From assembly GCA_965218425.1 (NCBI GenBank), contig OZ244621.1, positions 1,056,001 through 1,120,000 of the forward strand: a DNA stretch of 64,000 nt, written 5' to 3'. Both the position numbers and the translations under genes were made by a program. Source of the DNA: an uncultured Candidatus Binatia bacterium (lineage in GTDB: Bacteria > Desulfobacterota > Binatia > UBA9968 > CAXXLF01). Under the pieces are notes generated by a model. It was not told the DNA's origin and did no database searches. It saw only the letters and a list, made by a program, of their open reading frames with translations. This document shows, in pieces, positions 1 to 8,863 of this stretch; position 1 is the stretch's first letter; each line of letters opens with the position of its first letter.

Positions 1-127
1 GCTTGGCAACTACAATCTCGCCTTCGTCATCGGTGGCGTGTTGGGGCTCATGGCAGGCGCCACAGCACTAAGTATGCCGGACCGGCCCCCGGCGACACTG
101 GCCAGCCCTGTTCCCGCTAAATCGTAG
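1..127 (+). CDS. 3' end of probable MFS transporter (partial, runs off window start)
   Basis: Frame 2 reads LGNYNLAFVIGGVLGLMAGATALSMPDRPPATLASPVPAKS*. The GxYxxAF plus hydrophobic helix is typical of the last MFS helix. Confidence 0.6.
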   Translation, partial: LGNYNLAFVIGGVLGLMAGATALSMPDRPPATLASPVPAKS

Positions 128-139
128 CTGTGAGCTCCG

Positions 140-1294
140 CTACCGTCCCCAGAGCTGCTTGGTAGCGATGCGGGCGCCTTCGGCCATGGCCTGGAACTTG
201 GCCCAACCGATGTTGGGGTGGCTCACCCTCGATCCAATACCGCAGTCAGTGCCCGCGATGACGTTTTCACGCCCCACTAGCTTCGCGTACCGCACCAGCC
301 TCTGCGCCACCAGCTCCGGGTGTTCAATAAAATCACAGGCGTGACCGATGACCCCGGGAATAAAAATTTTTCCTTCGGGGAACTTGACCTCCTCCCAGAC
401 CTTCCACTCATGTTCATGGCAGGGGTTAGAGGCTTCAATGGAGTAGGCGCTGGCCCGCACCTTGAGGACGATATCGACGATATCTTTGAGGGGAATATCG
501 TATTTATGGGGGCCATGGTAGCTGCCCCAGCACATATGGAAACGTACCCTGTCTATGGGCAGTTCCCTCAAGGCATGGTTCAGGGCGTCAATGCGCATCT
601 CGGCGAATTTCCGGTACTCAGCCACAGCCATATGTGAGTGAATTTGCCATCCATCGGCGAGGTCGGGGTCGTCGATCTGGAGGATGAAACCCGCGTCCAC
701 AATGGCCTTGTACTCTTCTCCCATGGCCTCGGCAATGGCGTAGACGTAGGCTTCGTCGCTTGGGTAATATTCATTGGTCATCCAATGCTCGATGGTACCG
801 GGCGCTACAGCGGGAAGAAAGGCCTCCCCGGCCTTTGCGGCCTGAAGTGCCGCCTTGAAATTCTCAATATCTGTTTGAACTGCGGCATGGCCCACATACT
901 TGAGGGGTCCCGTGCAGAAAAATTGTCTTGCGTGTCGACCGATAACGGCACGTCCCCCTCGGTTAAAGTACTCCGCGAATTCCGCCATGTCCCGACCGAA
1001 TATGGACACCGGCGGTTCTCCTGTTTTGGGCTCCTTTTCTTCAAACCCCGCGAGACGTTCGCGGGCATAGTTGGAAAAATTAGGCTTTCCGTACTCGCCA
1101 TCGTTGACAATATCGAGGCCCGAGTCCACCTGCTTTTTTACCACCTCCACCACTGCGTCCCGCTCGCGCTTTGCAAAGAGTTCTCGGTCGTAGGGTTTTC
1201 CCGCAAGCTTGCGGTTTAACATTTCCATCAGGTCCGCCGGACGTGCGAGGCTTCCAGCATGGGTAGTGAGGATTCTTTCGCTGCTTCGTTTCAT
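140..1294 (-). CDS. Cobalamin-independent methionine synthase II family (MetE C-terminal-like / epoxyalkane:CoM transferase-like) Zn enzyme
   Basis: 384 aa with ILTTHAGSLARP N-terminus, LQIDDP, Zn ligands in HMCWGS and TDCG. Single barrel only. Confidence 0.88.
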   Translation of the reverse strand: MKRSSERILTTHAGSLARPADLMEMLNRKLAGKPYDRELFAKRERDAVVEVVKKQVDSGLDIVNDGEYGKPNFSNYARERLAGFEEKEPKTGEPPVSIFGRDMAEFAEYFNRGGRAVIGRHARQFFCTGPLKYVGHAAVQTDIENFKAALQAAKAGEAFLPAVAPGTIEHWMTNEYYPSDEAYVYAIAEAMGEEYKAIVDAGFILQIDDPDLADGWQIHSHMAVAEYRKFAEMRIDALNHALRELPIDRVRFHMCWGSYHGPHKYDIPLKDIVDIVLKVRASAYSIEASNPCHEHEWKVWEEVKFPEGKIFIPGVIGHACDFIEHPELVAQRLVRYAKLVGRENVIAGTDCGIGSRVSHPNIGWAKFQAMAEGARIATKQLWGR

Positions 1295-1396
1295 ATTATT
1301 TTTCCCGATTTCTATAGTGAGATCATTTTAGCGGAAATTTATGTTTTTTGATTATTCAGATTTATTTCGAACTTCGAATTCGCAGTTTGATTTATA

Positions 1397-1463
1397 CTTG
1401 GCGTGCCTTATGGTTCGACCATGCTACTACCCTGAGTTCATCGAAGGGCGTCTTAGCGCGAGA
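1397..1463. repeat. REP-like imperfect palindrome (TGGTTCGAC...CCCTGAG...TCGAAGGG) embedded in a CTTGGCG/CTTAGCG short-repeat remnant
   Basis: TTCGA arms at 1414-1418 and 1441-1445, flanked by CTTGGCGT (1397) and CGTCTTAGCGCGAGA (1449). Single copy in the window. Confidence 0.4.
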
Positions 1464-1554
1464 ATTTTTTGTTCCGATTTCCTAATCCAACATTCAACCG
1501 AAAATTTCAAGATACGTTTGACTACGAACGTTCCCTCACAGTGACAGTGTTTAG

Positions 1555-2025
1555 TTAGATAGGTCCCTCTAGACGATAGGTCTTGCCCGCGAGACGGGCA
1601 ACGGGAAGCAGGTCCTTGTCCACATGGCAGGCCAGCGCCTGGACCTAGAAAAATGACCATTCCTTCGGCCTCCATCTCGTTCAACACACGGCACTCCACA
1701 TTGTTGGCATGGCACCCTTTGACCAGGGGAGCCTTCACCTGCTTGGCCGGCTGGGTTTCAAACCCGAGGGCCTCGAACCTATCCTCCACGGTGCGACCGG
1801 TAAGTCCTCGGCTCTTGTCGATGGCGTCCAACTGTTTTTCGGAACAGGCGTTAAGGACAAACTCTCGATTCTCCCGGATAATCTCCAGGCTATAGTTCTT
1901 GTTCTGGATGCATACGAGAAGGAGTGGTGGAGTACCGGAGATTCCCAGAGCGCGGAAGGCAAACTGGACGTTGCGCCTATGGAGGTCACCCTGTATGCAC
2001 TTTTCAAATCAACTTCTTTCAGCAT
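1555..2025 (-). pseudogene. Flavin reductase-like (DIM6/NTAB family) pseudogene with two frameshifts
   Basis: Three frames join as MLKEVDLKSAYRVTSIG / NVQFAFRALGISGTPPLLLVCIQNKNYSLEIIRENREFVLN...KAPLVKGCHANNVECRV...IFLG / QALACHVDKDLLPVARLAGKTYRLEGPI*. Shifts lie near 1970 and 1645. Confidence 0.75.
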
Positions 2026-2055
2026 ATTCGGTCTCCCGCCTTGATTCTTCGCAGA

Positions 2056-2244
2056 CTAAAGGCCTACCACTTGTGGTGAGTCCTCCTTGGCGAACTCTTC
2101 GGAGCAATGATTGCACCAGATTTTAACATGAGCAAATCGGGGCAACCAAAACGTCTTTTTCGCATACACAACTTTTCTACAATGGGGGCATACCACAAAG
2201 CAAAACTTATCGGCACCTGGTTTGATTTGATACTCAGACATCAC
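2056..2244 (-). CDS. Small zinc-ribbon protein (CPHC...CNHC), translationally coupled to UbiD
   Basis: 62 aa with two CxxC pairs. The start overlaps the UbiD stop codon. Confidence 0.7.
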   Translation of the reverse strand: MMSEYQIKPGADKFCFVVCPHCRKVVYAKKTFWLPRFAHVKIWCNHCSEEFAKEDSPQVVGL

Positions 2245-3689
2245 TGGGGCTCCCTTTCTAGCCTTTTAAGAGCGTCTCCATCTAGATAGTCCTCAAGGCG
2301 GAGGTTCTTTTCCAGTTCGGCAGGGAATTTGATACTCTCCTCGAATTGTCTGGGAAAGCCTTCAGCAGGAGAGGGAGGAAGGGTCAGGTCAAATCCCGCC
2401 TTTGCCGTTATATGTCCGTCCCCCACCCGCACGCTGATGGGGTCGATGACCGTATCTGGAAGTCCGGAAATGAGAACCATATCACGATCCAATTGGGCCC
2501 GATTTACTAGCGCCAGTATAACTTCCCGGTCATCAAAGATATCCACATCGTCATCCACCACAAACACGTACTTGAGCCGGTTGTCCACTGGCAGGGCAGC
2601 CGAGATGATTGCCTTTGGGTACCCAACGACTGAGCCACTGACTTGCACGTAGGCAATGCGGCGGCAGAAGCCAGACAGGGGGAAATGGACGTTTTTCACT
2701 GATGGAGCCACTTTTCTGCAGGCATCGTAAACAGCCGCTTCCAGGGCAAATCCCCCCATCACTAGATTATCGGCATGACCCACAGCGATATCGTGGTATT
2801 GTGCATTCCGACGGTGGGTAATGCAGGTAACTCGCACTGCCGGCGCTGGACCGATAGGGATCATGGTCTTCGCATGATCGCCCGCATAGTGCCCGGATTC
2901 CCAACCTTCCCGAGTGGCGTACCCTTCAATAACAATCTCTGCTTCAGCAGGCACCTGAAGCTGGGTTCCGAATGTTTCCGTAGGAACCAGCTTTAACGGC
3001 TCACCTATGATACCCCCGATGCCGGGATAGTGGCTTTCAGGATGAGAAAGTTTCTGCTGGCCGCCGAGGGAGGCCGCCGGATGATGGCCGATCCAGAACG
3101 CGACGGGGCAATCCTCACCCTTGTCCCACCATGCCTTCATGTTCAGTGAATTATGCGAGGCCGGGCCGTTTGACCAAACGATCTTATCCCGACCCCTAAT
3201 TGAAGCACTTTGGAGGGAGCAATTATCGATACCCGTCGCGGGGTCCACCGTCGTTGCCATACCGGCAGTAAACCGTTGGCCTGAGGTACCCTGGTGATGA
3301 CTAATTACGGGAAGCTTATTTAGATCCACTTGGTCTCCTTTGAGAATGACCTCCTTCACCGGGGCACCCTCCCCGCTCATCACTTCAGGGGGAATTTTCT
3401 TTGACATCAGATTGAAATAACCCTGCGCCACATCTTGAAGGGAAATGTCTAGGGCCGCAGCACAACGCTTACGGCTGGCCAACAGATTCGTAACCACAGG
3501 AAAGTTTAACCTGTCACCTGAAGGAGACACCGGATTCTCAAAGACAAGAATGGGAAAAAGCTGCTGCTTTTCCAACTGAGCGGCCAATGCAGTCATCTCA
3601 TGCTTGACGGAAACTTCCCTCTTTATACGGCACACCTCGTGAGGGAATCTCTCTTCCCAATCATTGAAAAACGTCCGCAGATTCTTCAT
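2241..3689 (-). CDS. UbiD-family (prFMN-dependent) decarboxylase-like protein with atypical active-site motif
   Basis: 482 aa with DLNKLPV, VPAEAEIVIEG and KYVFVVDDDVDIFD motifs. SD GGAGG lies upstream. Confidence 0.88.
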   Translation of the reverse strand: MKNLRTFFNDWEERFPHEVCRIKREVSVKHEMTALAAQLEKQQLFPILVFENPVSPSGDRLNFPVVTNLLASRKRCAAALDISLQDVAQGYFNLMSKKIPPEVMSGEGAPVKEVILKGDQVDLNKLPVISHHQGTSGQRFTAGMATTVDPATGIDNCSLQSASIRGRDKIVWSNGPASHNSLNMKAWWDKGEDCPVAFWIGHHPAASLGGQQKLSHPESHYPGIGGIIGEPLKLVPTETFGTQLQVPAEAEIVIEGYATREGWESGHYAGDHAKTMIPIGPAPAVRVTCITHRRNAQYHDIAVGHADNLVMGGFALEAAVYDACRKVAPSVKNVHFPLSGFCRRIAYVQVSGSVVGYPKAIISAALPVDNRLKYVFVVDDDVDIFDDREVILALVNRAQLDRDMVLISGLPDTVIDPISVRVGDGHITAKAGFDLTLPPSPAEGFPRQFEESIKFPAELEKNLRLEDYLDGDALKRLEREPQ

Positions 3690-3745
3690 CCCCGTACCTC
3701 CGGAATTTTTCTGACAGCTGCGATCGATTTCACAGAGCTCACTAT

Positions 3746-4762
3746 CTAAGAGAAGGCAGGCATTACGCGCTCAGCGAACAACCGGATGTTTTTCAGGGCC
3801 ATCTCGTTGGGCATCCCACCGAAATGAAACGTGCCTGACATGGTGGTGAGCCCCACCTCTTCCTGCCAACGGTGAATGGCATTGATACAGCGCTGGGGAT
3901 CCCCTGCAATGATAAATCCTTTTTCGATCTCCGAGGCAAAATCGCTCCGAGACCGCAGTGTCGACTCACGATTTGGGTCAGCCGCCTTATGGGCGTCATG
4001 ATAGTTTTTCAAATGCGGCTCCGTATCATGCACCGCCTGCTCTAAACTATCGGTCACATAGACGTGAAACTTCCCGAGAACTTCACCCTTCCCATGTCCA
4101 GTTTCACCAAGGGCTTTCTTGTACACCCCGATATTCTTATCCAAAAAGTCCGGCGTCGGATACATGTATGGCAAGGTCATCAAATTAAAGCCATTTTCGC
4201 CGGCCCACCGGAAGGTGTCTTCGCTCTTCGCGGCGCCGACCCAGATGGGCGGGTGCGGGCGCTGCACCGGTTTGGGCAGCACATTGACGTCTTGGTATTC
4301 GAACAACTCACCACGGAAATTCACCGGCTCATCCGACCAGGCCTGCTGGATAATCGCAGTTGCTTCCTTCATGTGCACGGTAGCCGTATCCATGGAAAGA
4401 CCTGACCGCCGGTATTCCACGGGTTCACTCCCCTTGCCGACCCCGAACTCCAACCGCCCACCGGAAATGACGTCCGCCATGGCGTAAGCCTCTGCCAATT
4501 CAAGGGGTTTATGCAACGGGAGCACGCTGATGGCCACCCCTAGTCGAATGGTTTTCGTGGTGCGGGCAATGGCCGCCAAAAAGGCGGGAGGATGGGGAAT
4601 GGTGCCCCCATATCCGCTGAAGTGGTGCTCGGTGACCCAGATATCATGATACCCGAGCCGCTCGAATTCTTCCATCTGCTCGAACATAACTCCGTAGAAT
4701 TGATTGACCGGGCCCTCGAGACTGGGGACATACGTGGGAAGATAATGAGCACCAAATCGCAT
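3746..4762 (-). CDS. LLM-class (luciferase-like) flavin-dependent oxidoreductase
   Basis: WVTEHHF, GRLEFGVGKG, PKPVQRPHPPIW and RLFAERVMP motifs. Confidence 0.92.
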   Translation of the reverse strand: MRFGAHYLPTYVPSLEGPVNQFYGVMFEQMEEFERLGYHDIWVTEHHFSGYGGTIPHPPAFLAAIARTTKTIRLGVAISVLPLHKPLELAEAYAMADVISGGRLEFGVGKGSEPVEYRRSGLSMDTATVHMKEATAIIQQAWSDEPVNFRGELFEYQDVNVLPKPVQRPHPPIWVGAAKSEDTFRWAGENGFNLMTLPYMYPTPDFLDKNIGVYKKALGETGHGKGEVLGKFHVYVTDSLEQAVHDTEPHLKNYHDAHKAADPNRESTLRSRSDFASEIEKGFIIAGDPQRCINAIHRWQEEVGLTTMSGTFHFGGMPNEMALKNIRLFAERVMPAFS

Positions 4763-4823
4763 GAATTATTACCTCCTTATTTTTCCATGCCAAAGGCAAG
4801 GAAGACTAAAGATGCACGGGTCC

Positions 4824-4852
4824 TTTATATTCCGAGGGCTGCGGAGTGTCAA
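4824..4852 (-). promoter_or_regulatory. Sigma70-type promoter for LLM gene 1
   Basis: Minus strand reads TTGACA-N17-TATAAA. Confidence 0.65.
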
Positions 4853-4890
4853 CGCAGGTTAGCTTGGTGGGGCGGGATACGGCTGGGTTA

Positions 4891-5898
4891 TTAAAGGAAT
4901 GCAGGCATTACCTGCTCTGCAAACAATCTGATGTTTTTCAGAGCCATCTCCTGTGGCATACCACCAAAATAAAACGTCCCCGACAGCGTGGTGAGACCCA
5001 CCTCTTCCCGCCAATGATGGATGGAATCGATACAGCGTTGGGGGTCTCCCGCTATGATGAATCCCCGCTCTAGCTGAGCGGCAAAATCCCTCGGAGAACC
5101 CAGCTTCCGATGGGGGTCGGCAGCCCTATGGGTGGCGTGATAGTTGTTTAGGTATGGCTCTGCCTCCCGCACCGCCCGGTCCATGCTATCTGCCACATAA
5201 ATATGGAACTTACCGAGAATTTCACGTCTCCCATGCCCCGCCTGAGACAAGACCTTGCGGTACAACTGGAAGTGAGCGCGCATCTCCTCCGGGCTTGGAG
5301 CCATATAAGGGAGAGTCATTAGATGAAACCCATTCTCAGCTGCCCAACGAAAGGACTCTTCGCTTCGGGCCCCAACCCACATGGGGGGGTGCGGGCGTTG
5401 CACCGGTTTGGGCAGTACATTGACGTCCTGGTAGTCGAAGAACTCGCCATGGAAGTTGACCTGTTCGTCGGACCAGGCCTGCCGGATAATTTCTGCGGCC
5501 TCCCTGGTTAGCTGACTGGAGGTTTCCTCAGGAGTATGGGTTTTTCTAAACTCATGGGGTTCGTTGCCCCTTCCAACCCCCATCTCCAACCGTCCATTTG
5601 ATATAACGTCCACCATTCCGTAAGACTCCGCCACGTCCAGGGGGCTATGAAACGGGAGCACGCTGAGGGCGACTCCAAGACGAATCTTCTGTGTGGTACG
5701 GGCGATGGCGGACAAAAAGGTTGGCGGATGGGGAACGGTTCCCCCGTAGTAACCGAAGTGATGTTCGGTAATCCACAAGTCACTAAATCCTAACCCCTCC
5801 AGTCCATCCATTTGTTGGAACATCAACTGGTAGAAGTTGGCCACCGACCCGTCCATCTCGGGGATATAGGTGGGAAGATAATGAGCGCCAAATCGCAT
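4891..5898 (-). CDS. LLM-class flavin-dependent oxidoreductase (tandem paralog of 3746..4762)
   Basis: Same MRFGAHYLPTY start and long identical blocks shared with the neighbour. Confidence 0.92.
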   Translation of the reverse strand: MRFGAHYLPTYIPEMDGSVANFYQLMFQQMDGLEGLGFSDLWITEHHFGYYGGTVPHPPTFLSAIARTTQKIRLGVALSVLPFHSPLDVAESYGMVDVISNGRLEMGVGRGNEPHEFRKTHTPEETSSQLTREAAEIIRQAWSDEQVNFHGEFFDYQDVNVLPKPVQRPHPPMWVGARSEESFRWAAENGFHLMTLPYMAPSPEEMRAHFQLYRKVLSQAGHGRREILGKFHIYVADSMDRAVREAEPYLNNYHATHRAADPHRKLGSPRDFAAQLERGFIIAGDPQRCIDSIHHWREEVGLTTLSGTFYFGGMPQEMALKNIRLFAEQVMPAFL

Positions 5899-6051
5899 AG
5901 ACGTCTACCTCGGTTATCTAATACGCAAACAAGGGACACGCAGTATACGCGCGCATATATATCTCTAATGGCGCTGATGTGTCAACGCATACCATCGGGG
6001 GGCAATGCCTGAGGTAAAGGGATAAGGTGTGAGGGACCGATTATCTGTTTC

Positions 6052-7212
6052 TTAGGTCGCCCGTTCGTCCGTGGTGCCCACCTCACCAGTGCACCAGGGC
6101 ACAAACGCTTTCATTCGGCAGGTTGCACCGTTCTTTTTCAAGTCCTTTTCGAAGATCTCGTGGATCTCGCGGTCTTCGTCCTCGTACTCGATCTGCCAGC
6201 CGCCCTGCTTAACGCTTTTTTGCGCGTACTCTCCCCGAACACGCTGAGGAGTGCGGAGCCCCATATTGCCCGAGTATATGGCAAGGTATCGGGCACGGGT
6301 AGCACCGCTGTTAAAGTGTTGGTGGAAGCAGTTATCACTGGGAACAATGACCAGGGCACCTTTCTTCCAATCCGCCTTGACCATGTCCGAGCGGTCATCC
6401 TTGGTCCAGCACAACGAGTAGCCGCTGGTGCCGCTTAGCAGCACCAGATTCGCCCCTGGGCCATGGCGGTGAGCTTTTTTGTAGGTGCCCACGGGGAACT
6501 CGGAAATATGGCTCTTCATGTTGGCGTTGGCCATCTCCAGCATCACGTTGATACCGCCTGCTCCTCGCTCCTTCCAACCGTAGAGAGGCATGTCCGGCGC
6601 GTTGGGAATGAAGTTGGACTGCCAGACCCGGTGGGTGAATAGCTTGCCGTTGCCGCTGAAGTAGTCCTGGTCACCGTCGTAGCGGCCGCGGAATACATGG
6701 GCATCGTTAAAGACAAAATCCAGGTCGTTGAACAGGCGCATCATGGGCGGCGCGTTGGTTACCGCAAGGTAACGCACGGGCTCGCTCCCACTGCCGTTGA
6801 AGTGCTGGTACCGCAGGTTGAGGGGGATCGAGAAGAGACTTCCCTCATGCCATTCAAAGGTCTGCTTTTGCTTCTCATCCACCCAAACCGTTGTGCCCCC
6901 GCGCCCGGCAATCACGTACACCATCTCCTCGTACATATGATGCTCAGGCGCCGACTTGCCGCCCGGTTTGATCTCCACCACCTGGGAGTCGTTATTCAGA
7001 TGGTCGTTGGGAATGTTGATGATGGCGCCACTGCCCCCCTTGCGCTCCCAGGGGGTCAGTTCGATGGCCTTGAGGTCCTCAAAAGCAAAATCATTGATGA
7101 CACGGACGCCTTCTCTCTTTTGCCACTCCTTGTAAGCATCCTCTAACTCAAAGTCTTGGAGGCCCTCCTTTGGAGTCTCCGCGATCTTCATATCAGTTCC
7201 TAGCATGACCAT
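6052..7212 (-). CDS. Bicupin protein (gentisate 1,2-dioxygenase-like fold), paralog 1
   Basis: Two cupin motif sets: EHHMYEE...QHFN and AHRHGPG...HQHFN. Start moved to MVMLGTDMK (7212) from the SD and the identical length of the paralog. Confidence 0.8.
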   Translation of the reverse strand: MVMLGTDMKIAETPKEGLQDFELEDAYKEWQKREGVRVINDFAFEDLKAIELTPWERKGGSGAIINIPNDHLNNDSQVVEIKPGGKSAPEHHMYEEMVYVIAGRGGTTVWVDEKQKQTFEWHEGSLFSIPLNLRYQHFNGSGSEPVRYLAVTNAPPMMRLFNDLDFVFNDAHVFRGRYDGDQDYFSGNGKLFTHRVWQSNFIPNAPDMPLYGWKERGAGGINVMLEMANANMKSHISEFPVGTYKKAHRHGPGANLVLLSGTSGYSLCWTKDDRSDMVKADWKKGALVIVPSDNCFHQHFNSGATRARYLAIYSGNMGLRTPQRVRGEYAQKSVKQGGWQIEYEDEDREIHEIFEKDLKKNGATCRMKAFVPWCTGEVGTTDERAT

Positions 7213-7277
7213 GGCATTTTCCTCTTCCCCAGTACGTGGAGGTATAACGGATCCTGATGAACTGCTCGCCAAAAAAC

Positions 7278-7378
7278 TAACCGCAGACTGACGCTGATAA
7301 GCACAGATGAAAATTTTTAGAATCTGGCCGCTCCGGCCAGATCTTTATCTGCGAAAATCTGCATAAATCCGCGGTTAA
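7278..7378. repeat. Intergenic inverted-repeat element with 10-bp periodic arms and central hairpin (family A)
   Basis: TAACCGCAGACTGACGCTGATAAGCACAGATG ... ATCTGGCCG-CTC-CGGCCAGAT ... ATCTGCGAAAATCTGCATAAATCCGCGGTTAA. Confidence 0.8.
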
Positions 7379-7420
7379 TAGCTATTGACGCTCTGCGCTT
7401 AGCGCTTTGCCCCCGTTTTT

Positions 7421-8581
7421 TTAGGTTTCTTTCTCGCTCGTGGGGCCCACTTCACCGGTGCACCACGGGACAAATGCCTTCATCTTGCACGGCGCGCCGT
7501 GGGACTTGAGGTCCTTTTCAAAGATCTCGTGGAGCTCGCGGTCCTCGTCACCGTACTCGATCTGCCAGCCACCTTCCTTGATGCTCTTGTCAGCAAAGTC
7601 GCCGCCGCCACCCCGTGGCGAGTTCAGGCCTTGATCACCCGAGCGCAGCGCCAGGTAACGGGCCCGATTCGTGCCGGTGTTGAAGTGCTGGTGATAGCAG
7701 TTGTCGCTAGGAACGGTGACCATGGAACCCTGCTGCCAGTCGCATTTGATCATGTCGGAACGGTCTTCTTTGGTCCAGACCAGGGAAAAGCCGCCTGTTC
7801 CGCTGAGCAGCACCAAGTGAGCGCCCGGACCGTGGCGGTGGGCCTTCTTGTAGGTGCCTATGGGGAACTCGGAAATATGGCTCTTCATATTGTTATTGGC
7901 CATCTCCAGCATGGCGTTGATGCCGCCGGCACCCCGCTCCTTCCACCCGTATAGCAGCATGTCCGGCGCGTTGGCGATGAAGTTGGACTCCCACACACGA
8001 CGCTTGTAGAGCTTGCCGTTGCCGCTGAAGTAGTCTTCCTCGCCCGAAAAGCGGGATTCGAACTTGAAATCGGAGTTGAACATGAACTTGTTATCTTTGA
8101 AAAGCCGCATCATAGGCGGGGCGTTGGTTACGGCAATGTACCGTGCAGGTTCCGTGCCGCTGCCATTGAAGTTCTGGTACGTGGCATTAAGCGGAATGGA
8201 AAATAGGCTGCCGGTGTGCCACTCGAAGGTCTGCTTCTGCTTGTCATTGTTCCAGATGGTGGTTCCGCCGTTGCCCGAGATCACGTAGACGGTAAGCTCA
8301 TACATGTGGTGCTCCGGTTCGGACTTGCCTCCCGGCTTGATCTCCACCACGTGACAGTCGTTGGGCATATGGCGGTTATTGATGTGGGTAACCGCGCCTT
8401 TGCCTCCCTTGCGCTCCCACGGCCCAAGTTCCACCTTCGCCAAGCTCGGGAAGTAAAATTCCTCATAGACCTTGACGTCTTCACTTTCCAGCCAATCCTC
8501 ATAGGCGTCAGGGGTGGTAAAGTCTGATAGACCGTCTTTCGGAGTTTCAGCTACCTTCATATCGGTTCCTAGCATTACCAT
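7421..8581 (-). CDS. Bicupin protein, paralog 2 (tandem duplicate)
   Basis: 386 aa with the same N-terminus MVMLGTDMK and C-terminal MKAFVPWCTGEVG. SD GAGGAGG. Confidence 0.82.
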   Translation of the reverse strand: MVMLGTDMKVAETPKDGLSDFTTPDAYEDWLESEDVKVYEEFYFPSLAKVELGPWERKGGKGAVTHINNRHMPNDCHVVEIKPGGKSEPEHHMYELTVYVISGNGGTTIWNNDKQKQTFEWHTGSLFSIPLNATYQNFNGSGTEPARYIAVTNAPPMMRLFKDNKFMFNSDFKFESRFSGEEDYFSGNGKLYKRRVWESNFIANAPDMLLYGWKERGAGGINAMLEMANNNMKSHISEFPIGTYKKAHRHGPGAHLVLLSGTGGFSLVWTKEDRSDMIKCDWQQGSMVTVPSDNCYHQHFNTGTNRARYLALRSGDQGLNSPRGGGGDFADKSIKEGGWQIEYGDEDRELHEIFEKDLKSHGAPCKMKAFVPWCTGEVGPTSEKET

Positions 8582-8728
8582 AGTGATTTCCTCCTCATTA
8601 GAATGATACGATTTTGCTTTTTGGACTGACCGCCCGGGAGAACGGATTTGGTCCCCATTACCGCTACTTAGAAGTTCCCGGTTGCTGGTGCAATTGTGCG
8701 ATTTCCCGGCTGGCCCATTTTGAAGTGG

Positions 8729-8757
8729 ACAATAGGAAATAAAGGACTATTTGTCAA
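8729..8757 (-). promoter_or_regulatory. Sigma70-type promoter for the bicupin pair
   Basis: Minus strand reads TTGACA-N17-TATTGT. Confidence 0.55.
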
Positions 8758-8863
8758 CCTGAACTCGGATGTCAGATTGACCTGAATTTTGAGCCCCGCC
8801 ATAAGTGGGAACACATCAAATCGTTTCCTTGACGGTAATGATAGTTCGAAGCGGATTCGAACC

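Noticed and set aside
140..1294. Assigning gene symbol metE (also panE, serA, kstD, bioA for other family members)
   Set aside because: Only family-level motifs are visible. Paralogy and catabolic context make orthology unsupported.
7213..7272. N-terminal extension of bicupin 1, and similar extensions on other ORF-track calls
   Set aside because: Downstream ATGs have clear SD sequences and match paralog or family starts. The extensions come from upstream alternative start codons.
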